Below are positions 63,798 to 64,000 of a DNA stretch of 64,000 nt, piece by piece (positions within the stretch are counted from its first letter, which is position 1; every line of letters begins with the position of its first letter). The stretch is taken from IMG/VR virus record IMGVR_UViG_3300017963_000282, positions 41-64,040 of that record. One strand, 5' to 3'. The notes beneath the pieces are model-generated. The model saw only the letters and a program-made list of their open reading frames with translations, was not told the origin of the DNA and searched no databases. A program made the position numbers and the translations under genes. The stretch is from a virus (lineage: Duplodnaviria > Caudoviricetes).

Positions 63798-64000
63798 ATG
63801 ACTACTAATAAAATTCAAACCAAAGAAAAGAAGAAAGCTGGAACCAATTGGGGCAAACCCACCAAATTTGAACAAAAAATGGGGAATAAAAAGTTGCGGA
63901 AAGAAGCCAAGCAAAAAGCAAAAAAGAAAAAAGGCCAACAAACCAAGAAAAATAAGTACAAAAACAAGTCTTTTCAAAAGAAACTGGTTAAAAAATTGGC
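63798..64000 (+). CDS. Lysine-rich protein, N-terminal part, runs off the window
   Basis: Hand translation MTTNKIQTKEKKKAGTNWGKP..., open to the window end. Confidence 0.5.
   Translation, partial: MTTNKIQTKEKKKAGTNWGKPTKFEQKMGNKKLRKEAKQKAKKKKGQQTKKNKYKNKSFQKKLVKKL

Noticed and set aside
63774-63977. Minus-strand hydrophobic 67-aa ORF
   Set aside because: It is the antisense of a Lys-rich plus-strand ORF (AAA codons read as Phe/Leu) and runs against the local gene direction.
1-64000. Stop-codon reassignment or integrated prophage boundaries
   Set aside because: Genes are full length and tightly coupled in the standard code; no integrase, att-like junction or host gene block is visible.

Overview
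The whole window is a gene-dense, AT-rich segment of a tailed dsDNA bacteriophage with a contractile (myovirus) tail, readable in the standard genetic code. No host housekeeping operon, rRNA, integrase or CRISPR array is visible, and portal and terminase are not in the window. Positions 1-53.9 kb are on the minus strand. Read right to left they hold: small accessory genes and ClpP; scaffold, major capsid and neck genes; a tail sheath split by one frameshift; a ~6.3 kb fibre/HNH insert; an eCIS-like tube/chaperone/tape-measure/baseplate block; lysis genes and a paralog-rich virion-appendage cluster; then replication and recombination genes (SNF2, degenerate DnaC-like loader, DnaB, stand-alone primase Zn finger, PolA, putative SSB, HNH, RecA, partial SbcC). 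Positions 53.9-64 kb are plus-strand early/accessory genes (lipoprotein, LysM-SLT, acidic peptide, class IV aminotransferase, Fic, RNA ligase, metallophosphoesterase, NDT-like glycosidase, DeoC). Main non-routine observations: (1) four copies of an exactly spaced promoter-like motif GACC[AT][TG][AC]CC-N16-TRTGS-TA[TG]A[CG]T, one heading the whole virion operon and one firing into a candidate origin; (2) three small proteins resembling an isolated capsid A-domain; (3) an 88-nt cloverleaf-like element with an alternative pairing at the structural/replication junction; (4) a probable -1 frameshift in the tail chaperone; (5) a coupled NDT-like + DeoC gene pair. All calls come from reading motifs by eye; no database searches were run.
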